From a virus, in UHGV virus genome UHGV-0106586: a DNA stretch of 61,990 bases, one strand, 5' to 3'. Shown here in pieces: positions 60,400 through 61,990 of the stretch. The translations under genes and the position numbers were made by a program. Each line of letters begins with the position of its first letter. Within the stretch, counting starts at the first letter, position 1. The notes under the pieces were generated by a model. That model was not told the origin of the DNA. It saw only the letters and a program-made list of their open reading frames with translations, and ran no database searches.

Positions 60400-61659
60400 A
60401 TGAAACGTGTCATTTCATACATTCGTTTCTCATCAGAGAAGCAAGCTAAAGGCGACTCACTCCGCAGACAATCTAAGATGGTCACTGATTGGCTTAAGGC
60501 TCATCCTGAGTACTACCTTGACCAAGATTTATCTTTTCGTGATTTAGGTGTGAGTGGATTCACTGGTAAGCACTTGAAAGGTGGCTTAGGTGACTTCTTA
60601 ACCGCTATCGAGAAAGGGCTTGTTAAAGCTGGTATCAAAGTTTCTAAACGTTGTCCTGCATGGCTTAAGCTTAATGATGACCGTAAAAGCTTCTCTGTGA
60701 TACCTGAGAAAGTGGAGACTGTGAAGAGGTGCTTTCAGCTACGGTTAGAGGGTAAGTCTATCTGGGAGATTGTCAGAACTCTTAATGCTGAAGGTCACCA
60801 GACGCTTAACCAGTACAAAGCAGGTAAGTTTGGTCAAACATCTGTTCAAGACCTTTTGAAGAATCGCTCTGTAATTGGTTACTTCACACCTAAAGGCTGT
60901 GAGGAGATTGCAGGTTATTACCCGTCTGTAATTGATGAAACAACATTCTACAAAGTTCAACAACTATCACATTCTCGTTACGGTAGAAAACCTGCTTCAG
61001 ATAAACCATTGAGTGTGAATCTCTTTAAAGGTGTTATCCGTTGTTCTGAATGTGGTCATGCTTTGATTATCACAGGCTTTAGCGATACAAGAAACGGGAT
61101 TTATCGTTGTCCTCTTCGTAATGAAAACCGTTGTAGTGCTAAAGGACTTTCACGTAAGCAAACCGATGGTACATTGCTTGCCCTGCTATCTCGTCTTGAC
61201 CGATTTGATAGCGATATGACGAATACCATAGACACACTGAAGCTACACCGTGAACACATCTCAAGCAATATTGAAAAGCTGGTACAGCTATCACTTGAAA
61301 TTGAAGACTTGTCCGCTATTACCAGCAAACTAAGACAACTAAAGAATGAGCTATCACAAGTTGATGCGGATATCGAGAAGGAGACACAACGCCTTAAATC
61401 TATTGATGTGGGTTGTTTGTCTGATTGTGACTTGACTACAAAGGCGGGAAGGATTGAAGCACAACTGATAATCAAAAGTGCTGTTAAAGAGGTCGTTTTA
61501 AATACTGCTAAACGTCGCTGTAAAGTAACTTTTCACAACGGTAAAGCAATCACCTTACCAATAACAGAAAACCCCTCAGACAACGTTACAGAGGCTATAC
61601 AGTCGCTTTCTGAAGTCACTGAGAGGGGTTTAATAGATGTTGATGAGGTTATCATATAG
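60400..61659 (+). CDS. serine-recombinase-like protein (resolvase-type N-terminal motifs, recombinase domain, zinc ribbon) with apparently truncated catalytic domain
   Basis: YIRFSSEKQ and DLGVSG motifs; recombinase-domain-like middle; CSECGH...YRCPLRNENRC zinc ribbon; no DRLxR-type motif found by eye. Confidence 0.6.
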   Translation: MKRVISYIRFSSEKQAKGDSLRRQSKMVTDWLKAHPEYYLDQDLSFRDLGVSGFTGKHLKGGLGDFLTAIEKGLVKAGIKVSKRCPAWLKLNDDRKSFSVIPEKVETVKRCFQLRLEGKSIWEIVRTLNAEGHQTLNQYKAGKFGQTSVQDLLKNRSVIGYFTPKGCEEIAGYYPSVIDETTFYKVQQLSHSRYGRKPASDKPLSVNLFKGVIRCSECGHALIITGFSDTRNGIYRCPLRNENRCSAKGLSRKQTDGTLLALLSRLDRFDSDMTNTIDTLKLHREHISSNIEKLVQLSLEIEDLSAITSKLRQLKNELSQVDADIEKETQRLKSIDVGCLSDCDLTTKAGRIEAQLIIKSAVKEVVLNTAKRRCKVTFHNGKAITLPITENPSDNVTEAIQSLSEVTERGLIDVDEVII

Positions 61660-61673
61660 TTGAGATTCTATCG

Positions 61674-61990
61674 TCAGTAGCGCTTGTTAGGATTCACAGA
61701 AAGCTTCTTCAAAGTACTACCTGTACCAGCATTATTAAGCACCTTTGAAGCTTGCTCATTAGCGGCATCTGAGAAGGTGCTTTTTCCGTTCTCAACTTTG
61801 ACACTTCTACCACAATTGATACGGGCTTGAAGTTGCTCATTAGTAAGTTCACTCGTAGAGCGATTATATAGCTCCTGACACATCAACATACCGTTACCTA
61901 AGCTTGTTGTAGTGTTCCCTGTATTCTTCTTAGAAGTAGCACCACCGTCATTTGTAGTAGAAGTCTTTCCAGTGGCTGCTGAAATATCAG
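61674..61990 (-). CDS. partial CDS (3' portion; 5' end lies beyond the window) paralogous to tail gene 50615..51406
   Basis: Open frame runs to the window edge; 61891-61990 is ~88% identical to 50850-50949 (last ~60 nt identical); C-terminus ...LSVNPNKRY vs ...[11 protein letters not shown]. Confidence 0.5.
   Translation of the reverse strand, partial: DISAATGKTSTTNDGGATSKKNTGNTTTSLGNGMLMCQELYNRSTSELTNEQLQARINCGRSVKVENGKSTFSDAANEQASKVLNNAGTGSTLKKLSVNPNKRY

Noticed and set aside
61891-61990. Window-end match to 50850-50949 as evidence of a circular wrap or terminal redundancy
   Set aside because: Identity decays immediately upstream (61674-61890 vs 50615-50849 differ at the DNA level while encoding related protein) and the match is to an internal site, not the window start; paralogous duplication fits better. 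An assembly artefact cannot be fully excluded.

Overview
This window reads as a contiguous ~62-kb segment of a virulent-type, AT-rich tailed dsDNA phage genome (no host genes recognised). Coordinates 1-31245 are almost entirely minus-strand genes: rIIA/rIIB, a NAMPT-like plus PRPP-synthetase-like pair, anaerobic RNR (nrdG, and nrdD split by an HNH-containing intervening sequence), glutaredoxin-like redoxin, aerobic RNR (nrdB, nrdA), a MazG-like protein, HNH-AP2 endonuclease, 5'-3' exonuclease, acidic-tailed SSB, T7 gp4-like primase-helicase and dNMP kinase. Coordinates 31503-41360 are plus-strand: family A (T7-like) DNA polymerase, a second HNH-AP2 endonuclease, small early-type ORFs, ATP-dependent DNA ligase, DHFR and thymidylate synthase. 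Coordinates 41397-53612 are a minus-strand myovirus-type tail module (tape measure, hub, spike, gp25-like, baseplate J-like, two tail fibres). Coordinates 53.6-61.99 kb hold small unknown ORFs, decayed HNH genes, a ~3-kb ORF-poor repeat-rich stretch, an atypical serine-recombinase-like gene and a partial paralog of a tail gene running off the window edge. The gene complement resembles Felix O1-like (Ounavirinae) phages, but that is inference from memory, not a search. All calls rest on motif recognition by eye in the supplied translations and sequence. Most worth follow-up: the candidate NAD+ reconstitution pair with a distant macro-domain protein, the split nrdD (probable group I intron), the ORF-poor region with tandem repeats and the truncated recombinase, a conserved ~70-bp element flanking the tape-measure gene, and the duplicated tail-gene segment at the window end.
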